From Rhodospirillaceae bacterium (lineage in GTDB: Bacteria > Pseudomonadota > Alphaproteobacteria > GCA-2746255): a stretch of DNA of 64,000 nucleotides. Every line of letters begins with the position of its first letter. The stretch's first letter is position 1. Shown in pieces: positions 33,956 to 45,043 of this stretch. Both the position numbers and the translations under genes were made by a program. Under the pieces are notes generated by a model that saw nothing but the letters and a program-made list of their open reading frames with translations, had not been told where the DNA came from and did no database searches. The stretch lies in assembly GCA_002746255.1 (NCBI GenBank), contig NVWO01000004.1:76774-140773 (forward strand), in the 5' to 3' direction.

Positions 33956-35348
33956 GCAAAAATACGACCTTGCTGTCGTAGGCGGCGGGCCAGGCGGCTA
34001 TGTCGCGGCAATTCGGGCAAGTCAGCTTGGCTTGAAAACGTCCCTTGTCGAGGAAAAGCATTTAGGTGGCATCTGCCTGAATTGGGGCTGCATTCCAACA
34101 AAAGCGCTGCTGCATTGTTCGGAAATCCAGCACACCTTGAACAACCTTGATGCTTATGGCTTCTCGGCAAAGGACATCCATTTTGATATTCAAAAGATCG
34201 TGGCGCGATCACGCGCCGTCGCCGACCAGCTCTCAAAAGGAGTCGCCTATCTTCTGAAAAAAAACAAGATAGATGTGATTGATGGCCGCGCCCGGCTTGC
34301 CGGCAAGGGCAGGCTTGTGATTGAAAAGGCGAACAAGAAAACCAGCGAGATTGCGGCGGCGCATATCCTTCTTGCGACCGGGGCGCGGGCAAAAACGCTT
34401 CCCGGCTTGGAACCAGATGGCAAGCGGGTCTGGACCTATATGGAAGCGATGGTGCCGAAAGAATTTCCAAAATCCATTCTGGTGATCGGGTCGGGTGCCA
34501 TCGGGATTGAATTTGCCAGTTTCTACCGGAATCTTGGGGCAGAGGTCACGGTGGTGGAAATTCTCGACCGCATTCTTCCCGTCGAGGATGAAGAAATTTC
34601 AAAATTTGCGAAAAAGGCCTTCGAAAAACAGGGCATTCGCATCCTGACAAAGACCACAATTGAAAAGCTTAATCGGGGGAAAGGCGGCCTTTCTGCAACC
34701 TTGTGCGTGGATGGGAAGCGCGAACGGATTGAGGCGGATCGCGCAATCGTGGCGGTCGGTATCACCGGCAATGTCGAGGATTTAGGGATCGAAGGAACAA
34801 AAATAAAGGTGGCGAAGGGGCATGTCGTCGTCAACGAATGGCTGGAAACGGGCGAGGCGGGTGTCTATGCCATCGGCGATCTTGTCGGGCCGCCATGGCT
34901 TGCCCATAAGGCGAGCCATGAAGGCGTTATCTGCGTAGAACATATCGCAAGAGTGAAGGGCGCACGCCCGCTTGACGTTTTACGGGTTCCGGGCTGCACC
35001 TATTCGATGCCACAAATAGCCAGCATCGGCATGACCGAAAAAGCGGCAAAGGCGGCCGGTTTTGAGCTTCGAATCGGGCGTTTTCCCTATCATGGCAATG
35101 GCAAAGCCATCGCGCTTGGTGCCGCAGAGGGATTTGTAAAAACACTGTTCGACAAGAAAAGCGGCGAATTGTTGGGTGCGCATATCATTGGCGCCGATGC
35201 GACGGAGCTGATCCAGGGCTATATCGTCGCGCGCAGTCTTGAGGCGACGGAGGCAGATTTAATCGAAACGATTTTCCCCCATCCGACGCTTTCGGAAATG
35301 CTGCACGAATCGGTTCTGGACGCCTATGATCGGGCCATCCATTCCTGA
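33948..35348 (+). CDS. lpdA: Dihydrolipoyl dehydrogenase E3
   Basis: [25 protein letters not shown]. Confidence 0.97.
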   Translation: MAEQKYDLAVVGGGPGGYVAAIRASQLGLKTSLVEEKHLGGICLNWGCIPTKALLHCSEIQHTLNNLDAYGFSAKDIHFDIQKIVARSRAVADQLSKGVAYLLKKNKIDVIDGRARLAGKGRLVIEKANKKTSEIAAAHILLATGARAKTLPGLEPDGKRVWTYMEAMVPKEFPKSILVIGSGAIGIEFASFYRNLGAEVTVVEILDRILPVEDEEISKFAKKAFEKQGIRILTKTTIEKLNRGKGGLSATLCVDGKRERIEADRAIVAVGITGNVEDLGIEGTKIKVAKGHVVVNEWLETGEAGVYAIGDLVGPPWLAHKASHEGVICVEHIARVKGARPLDVLRVPGCTYSMPQIASIGMTEKAAKAAGFELRIGRFPYHGNGKAIALGAAEGFVKTLFDKKSGELLGAHIIGADATELIQGYIVARSLEATEADLIETIFPHPTLSEMLHESVLDAYDRAIHS

Positions 35349-35367
35349 GAGGATCCGGAAACGACCC

Positions 35368-36285
35368 ATGACGAACGTCAACAACCTTCACCGGCAGGAA
35401 AGACTGCGCAAGCCTTCCTGGATTCGCGTGAAAGCCCCAACCTCGCCGGCGTACGCAGAAACGCACAAGCTCATGCGTCGCCTGAAACTCAACACGGTCT
35501 GCGAGGAGGCTGCCTGTCCGAACATTGGCGAATGTTGGGAGCAAAAGCATGCAACCGTCATGATCCTGGGCAGCGTTTGTACACGCGCCTGCGCCTTTTG
35601 CAACGTCGCGACAGGCAAACCCGATCTTCTTGATCCCCATGAGCCTTCGAACATCGCCGCGCTGGTTGTGGAAACGGGTCTCAAGCATATCGTTATCACA
35701 TCGGTTGACCGGGACGATCTTGCCGATGGTGGCGCTAGCCATTTTGTCCGTTGTATCGAAGCGATCCGCGAACGCAGTGCGGCAACAACGATCGAGGTGT
35801 TAACCCCGGACTTTCTTAGAAAAGAAGGCGCGATTGCGGTTGTTGCCGCTGCCCGTCCGGACGTTTTCAACCACAATCTTGAAACCGTGCCGAGGCTTTA
35901 TCCAAAAATTCGCCCAGGCGCCCGCTATTACCATTCCCTTCGCCTGCTGGATCAGGTGGGGCGGCTTGAGACTTCGGTCTTTACGAAATCCGGAATCATG
36001 GTTGGGCTAGGCGAAACGAAGGGCGAGGTGTTGCAGGTCATGGACGATTTGCGCTCGGCCGACGTTGATTTTCTGACCATTGGCCAATATTTACAGCCGA
36101 CTCCGCGCCATGTGCCCGTGGCCGAATATGTGACGCCTGAGACGTTTAAGAAATATCGCCGCATAGCCTTTGCAAAAGGCTTTCTTATGGTTTCCGCCTC
36201 ACCCTTGACGCGTTCGTCCTATCATGCGGACAGGGATTTCGAATCCCTTCAGAAGGCGCGCGCCGAACGTCTTACAGGCGGTTAG
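35368..36285 (+). CDS. lipA: Lipoyl synthase
   Basis: [26 protein letters not shown]. Confidence 0.97.
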   Translation: MTNVNNLHRQERLRKPSWIRVKAPTSPAYAETHKLMRRLKLNTVCEEAACPNIGECWEQKHATVMILGSVCTRACAFCNVATGKPDLLDPHEPSNIAALVVETGLKHIVITSVDRDDLADGGASHFVRCIEAIRERSAATTIEVLTPDFLRKEGAIAVVAAARPDVFNHNLETVPRLYPKIRPGARYYHSLRLLDQVGRLETSVFTKSGIMVGLGETKGEVLQVMDDLRSADVDFLTIGQYLQPTPRHVPVAEYVTPETFKKYRRIAFAKGFLMVSASPLTRSSYHADRDFESLQKARAERLTGG

Positions 36286-36294
36286 ACGGATCGC

Positions 36295-36747
36295 ATGCCG
36301 ACACATGCGGAAAAACGCCACCTTCCTTATACGCCGGAGCAGCTTTTCGATCTGGTTGCGGACATTGAACGCTACCCGGAATTTCTTCCCTGGTGCCAGA
36401 GCGCCAGAATACGAAAGCAGGAAGGAAACACGGTCCATGCGGATGTCGTGATCGGTTTTAAAATGTTCCGCGAACATTTTTCTTCCATTGACGTTTTCGA
36501 TCGACCGCACCGAATTGACATTCGCTATACGAAGGGCCCCCTTCATTATCTCAACAATCACTGGATTTTCGAGGCGGCACCGGATGGCGGTTGCGTCATC
36601 GATTTCTATATCGACTTTGAGTTTCGCTCACGCGTCTTTCAAAAGGTGATGGGGGTTCTTTTCGACGAGGCACTGGGGCGGCTTCTCGAAGCCTTTGAAA
36701 CCCGTGCCCATGCGATCTATGGCGTACCGGAAGCAAAGGCACCCTAG
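36295..36747 (+). CDS. Coq10/RatA (START-fold) family protein
   Basis: LVADIERYPEFLPWC motif; follows lipA. Confidence 0.9.
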   Translation: MPTHAEKRHLPYTPEQLFDLVADIERYPEFLPWCQSARIRKQEGNTVHADVVIGFKMFREHFSSIDVFDRPHRIDIRYTKGPLHYLNNHWIFEAAPDGGCVIDFYIDFEFRSRVFQKVMGVLFDEALGRLLEAFETRAHAIYGVPEAKAP

Positions 36748-37244
36748 GCAAGCCGCCGTTTCACCTGCTTTATCAAAAGATCGATTGCCGCATGCACGCA
36801 TTGCACGCGAATGGCCGCGCGGTCACCTTGAAAAATATGGCGTGCGTGAAGGGTTTCCAGACCATGGGCCGCGACGGCGACATGCACCAGGCCGACCGGC
36901 TTTTCCGGCGTGCCGCCCTCTGGGCCGGCTACCCCGGTGATGGCGACGGCAAGGTCCACCCCGGTTCCGGCGAGGGCGCCTTCCGCCATCGCGCGCGCCG
37001 TTTCTTCGCTGACGGCGCCGGCGCTCTCAAACAGAGCTTCCGGCACGCCGAGAAGGGCCACCTTCGACGCGTTTGAATAGGTAACAAAACCGTGGTCCAA
37101 CAGGTTTGACGCGCCGGGGATTGCCGTCAGGCAGGCGCTAAGAAGCCCGCCGGTGCACGATTCAGCCGTAACCAGACGCAACCCGGCCTTGTCACAAAGG
37201 CGAAGGATCCGGGTCGCTTTTTCCAGAAGTTCCCTGGAAAACAT
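36744..37244 (-). CDS. cinA: CinA/PncC family NMN deamidase
   Basis: TAESCTGG, GAVS, ITGVAGP, KPVGLV. Confidence 0.93.
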   Translation of the reverse strand: MFSRELLEKATRILRLCDKAGLRLVTAESCTGGLLSACLTAIPGASNLLDHGFVTYSNASKVALLGVPEALFESAGAVSEETARAMAEGALAGTGVDLAVAITGVAGPEGGTPEKPVGLVHVAVAAHGLETLHARHIFQGDRAAIRVQCVHAAIDLLIKQVKRRLA

Positions 37245-37247
37245 CTC

Positions 37248-37748
37248 TCACGCCTCAATAAAATACATTGCGATGAAAAGACCCGCCGCCGCATAAAGCG
37301 CCGCCAGCAAATCATCCGCCATAACACCAAACGCACCGGGAAACCGTTTTTCAAAACGACGGATCGGCCAGGGTTTTAGAATGTCCGCCACCCGGAAAAG
37401 CAAGAAGGCGAGGCCATAAAAAAAGCCATCTCGCGGCACCAGGGCAAGAACCAGCCACTGGGCGACAACTTCGTCGATAACAATATCCGGCGGGTCGTGG
37501 CTTTCCGATGCCTGCCCATAGACGTGGGATGCCCAAAGGCCAATCGGAAAAAAAAGCGCCGCAAGCAGGACAAGGGCAGCCGGCCCGTCCGGCCCAAAAG
37601 CGCCGACAACAACCCAGGCGACGGGAAGAGCAGCAAAGGATCCCCAGGTTCCGGGTGCCAGAGGAATGCGCCCAATGCCAAAAACGGTTCCGATCCAGAA
37701 CGCCGGATGGAGAAAGGGAAGCGGGGATTTTTTTTGCATTTTTGCCAC
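37248..37748 (-). CDS. pgpA: Phosphatidylglycerophosphatase A
   Basis: APGTWGS, IVIDEV, FRxxDILKPWPI, GVMADD. Confidence 0.94.
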   Translation of the reverse strand: MAKMQKKSPLPFLHPAFWIGTVFGIGRIPLAPGTWGSFAALPVAWVVVGAFGPDGPAALVLLAALFFPIGLWASHVYGQASESHDPPDIVIDEVVAQWLVLALVPRDGFFYGLAFLLFRVADILKPWPIRRFEKRFPGAFGVMADDLLAALYAAAGLFIAMYFIEA

Positions 37749-37754
37749 GAAAAT

Positions 37755-38909
37755 CTATTCCGCCAGGGCGATGGTTGCGATGGCCTGGGCGGCGATCGCT
37801 TCTTTCCTGCCTAGAAAGCCCACACCTTCCGTCGTCGTTGCCTTGACGCTGATGGCACTTTCCAAAAGCCCGGTGATGGCTGCGAGCCGCGCGATCATGC
37901 CCAAACGATGGGGGGCGAGTTTCGGCGCTTCACAGATCAGGGTCACGTCCAGATTGTGGACATGGCCGCCACGCTCGGCCAAGCGCGTCAGAGCGTGGCG
38001 TAGAAAAAGGGCTGAATCAACGCCCTGCCATTTTGGGTCCGTTGGTGGAAAATGGATGCCAATATCGCCATCGCCCATCGCACCAAGGATTGCGTCCGTC
38101 AGCGCATGCAAACCGACATCGCCATCGGAATGGGCCTCAATGCCATGGCTGTGAGGGACGGCAAGGCCACAGATCATCACGTGGTCGCCGGGGCCAAAAC
38201 GGTGCACGTCAAATCCCTGGCCAACGCGAACCAGGCCAGCATTGCCTGCTATTCTACGTTCGGCGCGCGCGAAATCCTCCGGCGTCGTAACCTTGAAATT
38301 ATCTTCGGAACCGGCAACCAGCCGTACCGGAATGCCAACCGCTTCGGCCACGGCGGCGTCGTCGGTCAAATTGGTGCCTTTCATTTGATGATGCCCCTCA
38401 AGAATAGCCGGAAAATGAAACCCCTGAGGGGTCTGCGCATGCCAAAGCCCCTGACGGTTAATTGTGTCGGTGACGTGGCCAGCCTCCTCTTTCTTCAGGG
38501 TATCGGTAACGGGGAGGGCGGCAATCACCGCTACGTCCGTTGCCAACGCGGCGACAACCCGTTCGATGGTTGCAAAATTGACAAAGGGACGGGCGGCGTC
38601 GTGAATCAAAATGTGCTGCGGCGCAGCACTGCCAAGGCTTTCAAGACCCAGCCGAACGGATTCCTGTCGTGTCGCGCCGCCGAAAACCGGGTCGGGAAGG
38701 GACATACCACGCACGGCATCGGCATAAAGCGCCGCGTCATCGGCGTGGATGACAACTTGGATATGGTTGATCCTGGGGTGTGTGTGAAAGGCCTCAAGGG
38801 TCCAACGCAGCACTTCCTTGCCGCCAAGGGGCAGATATTGTTTTGGCAACTCGCCACCAAGGCGCTGGCCGCGGCCAGCGGCGACGATCAAGACGGCGCA
38901 CCCGGTCAT
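37755..38909 (-). CDS. ispDF: Bifunctional IspD/IspF
   Basis: AAGRGQR..PKQY, HDAARP, QTPQGF followed by GFDVH, HSDGDV, VKATTTE. Confidence 0.96.
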   Translation of the reverse strand: MTGCAVLIVAAGRGQRLGGELPKQYLPLGGKEVLRWTLEAFHTHPRINHIQVVIHADDAALYADAVRGMSLPDPVFGGATRQESVRLGLESLGSAAPQHILIHDAARPFVNFATIERVVAALATDVAVIAALPVTDTLKKEEAGHVTDTINRQGLWHAQTPQGFHFPAILEGHHQMKGTNLTDDAAVAEAVGIPVRLVAGSEDNFKVTTPEDFARAERRIAGNAGLVRVGQGFDVHRFGPGDHVMICGLAVPHSHGIEAHSDGDVGLHALTDAILGAMGDGDIGIHFPPTDPKWQGVDSALFLRHALTRLAERGGHVHNLDVTLICEAPKLAPHRLGMIARLAAITGLLESAISVKATTTEGVGFLGRKEAIAAQAIATIALAE

Positions 38910-39014
38910 GGGTTGTTCTCCTTCGGGGACGAATGGCGCCAAACTAGCCGTGCTTCATGCCCTTGCCAAGGCAACAGGCCGGATTGAGGCAAGGCTCCGG
39001 GGAAGAAAGCATCT

Positions 39015-39058
39015 TGCATAAGAATTATGCAGCTTATAACCTGCCTAAAATATACTCA
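39015..39058. promoter_or_regulatory. Putative tandem NtrC binding sites upstream of ntrB
   Basis: TGCATAAGAATTATGCA (17-bp TGCA-N9-TGCA palindrome, 39015-39031) and weaker TGCCTAAAATATACTCA (39042-39058). Confidence 0.6.
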
Positions 39059-39110
39059 AAAGCGACCGAAATGGCTACAAATTCCATTTAGTTTCAAGTG
39101 ATTGTCCGAC

Positions 39111-40241
39111 ATGGCAAAAGCGATGACTCGATTGAAACGGAAGCAAGCGGTTGAAAGCCTGGAAATCGGGAAAGTTCTCGCCAGCATTCCGAATCCGGTT
39201 CTTGTAGTCGGGCTGGAAAACGAAATCCGCTTTGCCAATCTGGCTGCCGAAGAGTTCTTCAGCGCAAGCATCACCAACCTCTGTGAGCGGCCTTTGAGCG
39301 CGGTGCTGTCTTTGGACAGTCCAATTTTTGCGCTGATGCAACAGGTGCGTGATGGTGGCAGCAGTATTTTTGAATATGGGTTGAACCTAAGCGGCCCGCG
39401 TTTTACGCCACGGCTTGTGGCGGTGCAAATTACGACCATTGTGGGTCAGGAAAACCATCTTCTTCTTTCCATCCACGAACGCTCAATCGCTCAGAAAATC
39501 GGCCAGTTCGTTCATAAAGGCGCTGCCCGTTCCGTCACGGCAATGGCCTCAATGCTGGCCCATGAGGTAAAAAACCCGCTTTCCGGGATTCGCGGTGCGG
39601 CGCAATTGCTTGAACAGAACGCCACAGCGGATGACAAGGCGCTTACGCGCCTGATTTGTGACGAAACGGACCGGATATGCAAGCTCGTGGATCGGATGGA
39701 AATTTTTTCAGACGGCCTGCCGCTTGAACGTGAAGCGGTGAACATTCATCAGGTACTTGAACGTGTTCAACAGATCGCCCAGAGCGGATTCGCCCGGCAC
39801 GTTCGCTTCGTCGAACGCTACGACCCATCTCTGCCGTCGGTCTCCGGCAACCGCGATCAGTTAACCCAGGTCTTTTTGAATCTTGTAAAGAACGCGGCCG
39901 AAGCCGTGCCTGGAAAAAGTGGCGAAATTGTGCTCGCCACGTCCTATCAACATGGCATGCGTCTGGGCAGTCCTGATGGCAGAAGTCGCGTTTTGCTACC
40001 GCTTGTCGTCAGCGTGCACGACAACGGCCCGGGCATTCCAGAGGAAATACGTCCGCATCTTTTCGATCCATTTATCACGGCGAAGGTGAACGGAACGGGG
40101 CTTGGTCTGGCCCTTGTGGCAAAAATTATCAACGACCATGGCGGCATCGTCGAATTCGACAGCGAGCCTTACCATACGGTTTTTCGCGTCATGTTGCCCA
40201 TTGCCCATGAGCAGAAAGAGACGGGGGAGGAAAACGAATGA
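39111..40241 (+). CDS. ntrB: Nitrogen regulation sensor kinase NtrB
   Basis: PAS domain, [31 protein letters not shown]; start approximate. Confidence 0.95.
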   Translation: MAKAMTRLKRKQAVESLEIGKVLASIPNPVLVVGLENEIRFANLAAEEFFSASITNLCERPLSAVLSLDSPIFALMQQVRDGGSSIFEYGLNLSGPRFTPRLVAVQITTIVGQENHLLLSIHERSIAQKIGQFVHKGAARSVTAMASMLAHEVKNPLSGIRGAAQLLEQNATADDKALTRLICDETDRICKLVDRMEIFSDGLPLEREAVNIHQVLERVQQIAQSGFARHVRFVERYDPSLPSVSGNRDQLTQVFLNLVKNAAEAVPGKSGEIVLATSYQHGMRLGSPDGRSRVLLPLVVSVHDNGPGIPEEIRPHLFDPFITAKVNGTGLGLALVAKIINDHGGIVEFDSEPYHTVFRVMLPIAHEQKETGEENE

Positions 40242-41677
40242 CGAATGCCACAATTCTGCTTGCAGAGGATGACCGCGCCATTCGTCTTGTTGTTGAACAG
40301 GCATTGAGTCGGCAAGGCTATGAGGTGCGTTCAACGGGAAATGCCGCAACGCTTTGGAAATGGGTCAGCAATGGCGACGGGCAGCTCGTCATCACCGATG
40401 TTATTCTGCCGGACGAAAACGGCCTCGACCTTATTCCGCGTATCAAAAAACTTCGGCCCGACCTTCGCGTTATCGTCATGAGCGCTCAAAACACGCTGTT
40501 AACCGCCGTGCGCGCAACGGAGCAGGGTGCTTTTGAATATTTGCCAAAGCCATTTGACCTAACAGAGCTTGTAAACATCGTGAAACGGGCGCTGACGGTT
40601 CGTGACCCAAAGCTTTCCGCCGCCTCCGAGGCTGGCGAAACCGATGAGCAACTTCCGCTTATCGGGCGTTCCCCCGCCATGCAGGAAATATATCGAATTA
40701 TGGCGCGTCTCATGGGGACGGACCTTACCGTCATGATTTTCGGCGAGTCGGGAACGGGAAAAGAACTCGTTGCCCGGGCACTCCACGATTTTGGCAAACG
40801 TCGAAATGCTTCTTTTGTTGCCATCAACATGGCGGCCATTCCGAAAGAATTGATCGAAAGCGAACTCTTTGGCCATGAGAAGGGGGCGTTCACGGGTGCG
40901 ACGGCGCGGCACACCGGGCGTTTTGAGCAGGCGGAAGGAGGCACGCTTTTTCTGGACGAAATCGGCGACATGCCCCTTGAAGCGCAAACGCGGCTTTTGC
41001 GAGTCCTTCAGGAAGGCGAATTTACGACGGTTGGCGGGCGAACGCCGATCCGGGTGAATGTGCGCATTATCGCGGCAACGCATCGCAATTTGCAGCAGCT
41101 CGTTAATCAGGGACTCTTTCGCGAGGACCTTTTTTACCGGCTCAACGTCGTACCGATACGGCTGCCGCCGCTTCGCGAGCGGGTTGAGGACATTCCGTCC
41201 CTGGCGCGTCACTTTCTGGCCCAGGCTGTGGCGGAAGGGCTACCATTGAAAACCTTGGGACCGGCTGCCATGGCGCGACTGAAAGAATACAGCTGGCCTG
41301 GAAATGTTCGTGAGATAGAGAATTTTATCCGCCGCCTTGCCGCGCTTTATTCCGAGGACGTCCTTGACCTTGATGTCATCGAAGCCGAGTTTTCCGGATT
41401 GCAGCCTCAGGCAGCGGCCCTTCCTGCCAAAGACGAAGGGTTGGAAGCAGCCGTCGAACGGCATTTAAGGAACTGCTTTGGCGCGCAGCCGGACGAATTG
41501 CCTCATGGCCTTTACGGGAAGATTATCCACGAAGTGGAAAAGCCACTTTTGGCCTATACCCTTGCCGCAACGCGGGGAAATCAGGTGCGTGCGGCAGAAA
41601 TTCTTGGGTTGAACCGCAATACGCTTCGCAAGAAAATTCGTGAGTTGGACATCCCCGTGGTTCGCGGCCTAAAATAG
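40238..41677 (+). CDS. ntrC: Nitrogen regulation sigma54 activator NtrC
   Basis: Receiver domain, [28 protein letters not shown]. Confidence 0.97.
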   Translation: MTNATILLAEDDRAIRLVVEQALSRQGYEVRSTGNAATLWKWVSNGDGQLVITDVILPDENGLDLIPRIKKLRPDLRVIVMSAQNTLLTAVRATEQGAFEYLPKPFDLTELVNIVKRALTVRDPKLSAASEAGETDEQLPLIGRSPAMQEIYRIMARLMGTDLTVMIFGESGTGKELVARALHDFGKRRNASFVAINMAAIPKELIESELFGHEKGAFTGATARHTGRFEQAEGGTLFLDEIGDMPLEAQTRLLRVLQEGEFTTVGGRTPIRVNVRIIAATHRNLQQLVNQGLFREDLFYRLNVVPIRLPPLRERVEDIPSLARHFLAQAVAEGLPLKTLGPAAMARLKEYSWPGNVREIENFIRRLAALYSEDVLDLDVIEAEFSGLQPQAAALPAKDEGLEAAVERHLRNCFGAQPDELPHGLYGKIIHEVEKPLLAYTLAATRGNQVRAAEILGLNRNTLRKKIRELDIPVVRGLK

Positions 41678-41760
41678 TGCCATCAGGGGGGCCGGTTTCT
41701 CGGTTTCTTTCCAGTGCGCGGGACGCACGCTCCAGAAAATTTTAGGACACCCTTCGTAAC

Positions 41761-43137
41761 ATGAAAGTTGTCATTTGTGGCGCCGGCCAGGTGGGGTTTA
41801 ACATCGCTCGCCAATTGTCGGAAGAAGGCAACGATGTAACGGTCGTTGATCAGGAAGCCGAGCGGATCAACCGGGTCGCTTCGTCTCTCGACGTTCAGGC
41901 GATCATGGGCTTCGCGTCGCATCCGGATGTTCTGGAACAGGCCTGCACGCAGGATGCCGATATGTTGATCGCCGTCACGCGTGAAGACGAAATCAACATG
42001 ATCGCCTGCCAGATTGCCCATTCGTTGTTCAATGTGCCCGTAAAGATCGCACGCATTCGCGAGCCAGCCTACATGAAGCCGATGTGGGCTGATTTGTTCA
42101 GCCGCGATCACTTGCCGATTGATGTCATCATTTCGCCGGAGGTTGAAGTTGCACGCGCCATTGCGCGCCGTCTGGAGGTGCCGGGCGCGTTTGACGTGAT
42201 TCCGCTGGCAGAAGGAAAAGTGAAGTTGATCGGGCTTAAGTGCAAAGAAGACTGCCCGGTTGTGAACACGCCTTTGCTGCAGCTTACGGAACTTTTTCCA
42301 GACCTGCACATTACCGTTGTCAGCATTGTACGGGACAATAAATTGATTGTCCCTTCCAACACGGATCAGATGTTGGCCGGGGATGCGGTCTATTTTATCG
42401 CCGAAGCCACCCATGTGAAACGCGCCATGGAGGCGTTCGGCCAGGAAGGCCAAGAGGCGCGGCGTGTGTGCATCATCGGTGGCGGCAATGTCGGCCTGTT
42501 TCTTGCGCAAGAGTTGGAGAACAACCATCCCGGCGTGCACCCGAAATTAATCGAATTCGATCTGCACCGTGCAGAACAGATTGCTGAGAAGCTGGACCGG
42601 ACGGTTGTTCTTCACGGCGATGCCCTTGACCTTCAGCTGCTCGAGGAAATGAACATTCGTTCCGCCGAAGCCATCGTCGCCGTCACAAACAACGATGAAA
42701 CCAACATCCTTGGCTCGTTACTGGCAAAGCGGCAGGGGTGCCCCAGGGCGATTGCGCTTATCAACAATGACACCTATGGCCAGCTTGTCGGCTGGCTTGG
42801 AATTGATGCCGTCGTAAGTCCGCGCGTGATTACCATCTCGTCCATTCTTCAGCACGTTCGGCGCGGGCGAATCCGGGCCGTCCACACCCTTCATGAAGGG
42901 ATGGGAGAGATCATCGAGGCAGAAGCGCTTAAGACCTCAAGCCTGGTTGGCAAGCCGCTCCGCGAGATTGATCTGCCGGATGAAATCCTTATCGGGGCAA
43001 TTGTGCGCGACGAGCAAGTGCTCATTCCACGCGGGGGCACAACGATCAAGACGGGTGACCGCGTCATCCTTTTTGCCGCCGCCGGTGCCGTAAAGAAAGT
43101 CGAAAAACTGTTCACCGTGGGTCTGGAATTTTTCTAG
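41761..43137 (+). CDS. trkA: Trk potassium uptake regulatory subunit
   Basis: Two RCK pairs with GAGQVG and GGGNVG; 458 aa. Confidence 0.95.
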   Translation: MKVVICGAGQVGFNIARQLSEEGNDVTVVDQEAERINRVASSLDVQAIMGFASHPDVLEQACTQDADMLIAVTREDEINMIACQIAHSLFNVPVKIARIREPAYMKPMWADLFSRDHLPIDVIISPEVEVARAIARRLEVPGAFDVIPLAEGKVKLIGLKCKEDCPVVNTPLLQLTELFPDLHITVVSIVRDNKLIVPSNTDQMLAGDAVYFIAEATHVKRAMEAFGQEGQEARRVCIIGGGNVGLFLAQELENNHPGVHPKLIEFDLHRAEQIAEKLDRTVVLHGDALDLQLLEEMNIRSAEAIVAVTNNDETNILGSLLAKRQGCPRAIALINNDTYGQLVGWLGIDAVVSPRVITISSILQHVRRGRIRAVHTLHEGMGEIIEAEALKTSSLVGKPLREIDLPDEILIGAIVRDEQVLIPRGGTTIKTGDRVILFAAAGAVKKVEKLFTVGLEFF

Positions 43138-43172
43138 ACCGCCATCTTGCGGATAAAACGGCGGAAAAACCA

Positions 43173-44033
43173 ATGTCCCATATTGCCTACGTCAATGGCC
43201 AATATGTTCCCCATCGCCTGGCTCGCGTCCATATTGAAGACCGTGGCTACCAATTTGCCGACGGCGTCTATGAGGTCATGGCCGTGATCGACGGACAGCC
43301 GATGGATGAGGAACTGCATCTTGATCGGCTGGAAGTTTCCCTGGATGCGCTTTCCATGGAAAATGCCATGACGCGGCGCGTCCTTAAGATCATCCTTCGC
43401 GAGATTATCCGACGCAACCGGATACGAGACGGCATTCTATATCTTCAAATGACGCGTGGGGTTGCCCGTCGGGACCATGCGTTTCCGGCGCGACGGCGAA
43501 CCGCGCTGGTCGTAACGGCGCGGCCCGCAACCCTGCCGCCACAGGAAGCCCTTCGCGCCGGCGTTCACGTCATCACGCTTACCGATACCCGCTGGAAACG
43601 CTGCGATATTAAATCGATTTCATTGCTGCCCAACGTGCTTGCAAAGCAACAGGCCCGGGAAGCGGACGCTTATGAGGCATGGTTTCTGGACGCAGACAAT
43701 TTCCTTACCGAGGGAAGTTCTACCAATGCATGGATTGTGACGAAGGCGGGGGTTCTGGTCACGCGGCCCGCCAATTGCGCAATTTTAAGCGGTATTACGC
43801 GCCTTGGCGTCCTGAAGGTTGCGGCAGAAGAGGGCATCACTGTAGAGGAACGCCCCTTTCACCTGGACGAAGCCAGGGCCGCAGCAGAAGCCTTTTTGAC
43901 CAGTACGACCGCCTTCTTGCTACCGGTTCTAAAAATTGATGATAAAGTCATCGGGAATGGCCAGCCAGGAAAGCTAACGACGCGGCTCCTTCATCGCTAC
44001 CTGGAAAAAATAAAAACAAAGAAAAAACGGTAG
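43173..44033 (+). CDS. dat: D-amino-acid aminotransferase (PLP class IV)
   Basis: EDRGYQFADGVYEV, RCDIKS, EGSSTN, LSGITR. Confidence 0.9.
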   Translation: MSHIAYVNGQYVPHRLARVHIEDRGYQFADGVYEVMAVIDGQPMDEELHLDRLEVSLDALSMENAMTRRVLKIILREIIRRNRIRDGILYLQMTRGVARRDHAFPARRRTALVVTARPATLPPQEALRAGVHVITLTDTRWKRCDIKSISLLPNVLAKQQAREADAYEAWFLDADNFLTEGSSTNAWIVTKAGVLVTRPANCAILSGITRLGVLKVAAEEGITVEERPFHLDEARAAAEAFLTSTTAFLLPVLKIDDKVIGNGQPGKLTTRLLHRYLEKIKTKKKR

Positions 44034-44047
44034 GATCGGACGTCTCC

Positions 44048-44719
44048 ATGAAGAAAATGCCACCCTTTCCACGGGCAATCCTGTTTGATTGGGATAACAC
44101 ACTGGTCGATAGCTGGGAGGGAATGCAGCGGGCGATGAACGCCACGCTTATCGCCATGGGGCACGAACCCTGGACGATGGAGCAGGCCCAGCAACGGATG
44201 AACCGATCGCTTCGCAATGCCTTTCCGGAGCTTTTTGGCGAGCGTTGGCACGAGGCGCATGACATTTTTTATGAAGCCTTTACGGAAGGGCATCTCGAAA
44301 CTTTGAAACCCTTGCCAGGCACCGAGAAAATGCTTGAAACACTCCATGAGATGGGCATTTTTATGGGCATTGCCAGCAGCAAAGTGGGGCCGATGCTACG
44401 CAAGGAAATTGCCCATTTCGGCTGGGAAAAATACCTGCCGGGCGTTGTTGGGGCAGGGGAGGCGGAAAAGGACAAGCCGGCGAAAGAGGCCGCTTTGTTT
44501 GCCATCCATGGCACAAACATCAAGCTGGGAGAGGCACTTTGGGTGGTCGGCGACCTTCCGATTGACGTTGAATTCGCACGAAATGCAGGCACCACCGCAA
44601 TTGTCATGAACAGCTCCCTTCCTGATATAAAAGACTTTGGGGACCTTGCACCCGATTGGGTCGTGGACCATTGCAAAGACCTTCCGCCTTTCGTCAGGGC
44701 TTGTGCCGACGATGCGTAG
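44048..44719 (+). CDS. HAD-family phosphatase
   Basis: FDWDNTL, KP and VGD motifs. Confidence 0.9.
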   Translation: MKKMPPFPRAILFDWDNTLVDSWEGMQRAMNATLIAMGHEPWTMEQAQQRMNRSLRNAFPELFGERWHEAHDIFYEAFTEGHLETLKPLPGTEKMLETLHEMGIFMGIASSKVGPMLRKEIAHFGWEKYLPGVVGAGEAEKDKPAKEAALFAIHGTNIKLGEALWVVGDLPIDVEFARNAGTTAIVMNSSLPDIKDFGDLAPDWVVDHCKDLPPFVRACADDA

Positions 44720-44782
44720 GAGTGGCTTAACCACAAGCAGAAGAACGATAAGAAAAACAGGGAAGAAAAATGGGGGCGCATA

Positions 44783-45043
44783 ATGACGACAGAAAAATCA
44801 CAAAATGTTCAGGACGTCTTCCTAAACAACATTCGGAAAAACAAAATTCAGGTGACCGTATTTCTGGTTAATGGCGTAAAGCTTCAGGGCGTCGTTACCT
44901 GGTTCGACAATTTTTGCGTGTTGCTTCGTCGAAACAACCACATACAGCTGATCTACAAACACGCTATTTCAACAATTATGCCGGCAGGCCCAATCCAGCT
45001 GTTTGAAGAGGACAAGGAAAACGCTGAAGTCGAAGAAGTCTAA
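44783..45043 (+). CDS. hfq: RNA chaperone Hfq
   Basis: [23 protein letters not shown]. Confidence 0.98.
   Translation: MTTEKSQNVQDVFLNNIRKNKIQVTVFLVNGVKLQGVVTWFDNFCVLLRRNNHIQLIYKHAISTIMPAGPIQLFEEDKENAEVEEV

Noticed and set aside
36295..36747. RatA as a toxin-antitoxin system
   Set aside because: No partner gene; the family is better explained as a Coq10-like ubiquinone-binding protein in conserved synteny after lipA
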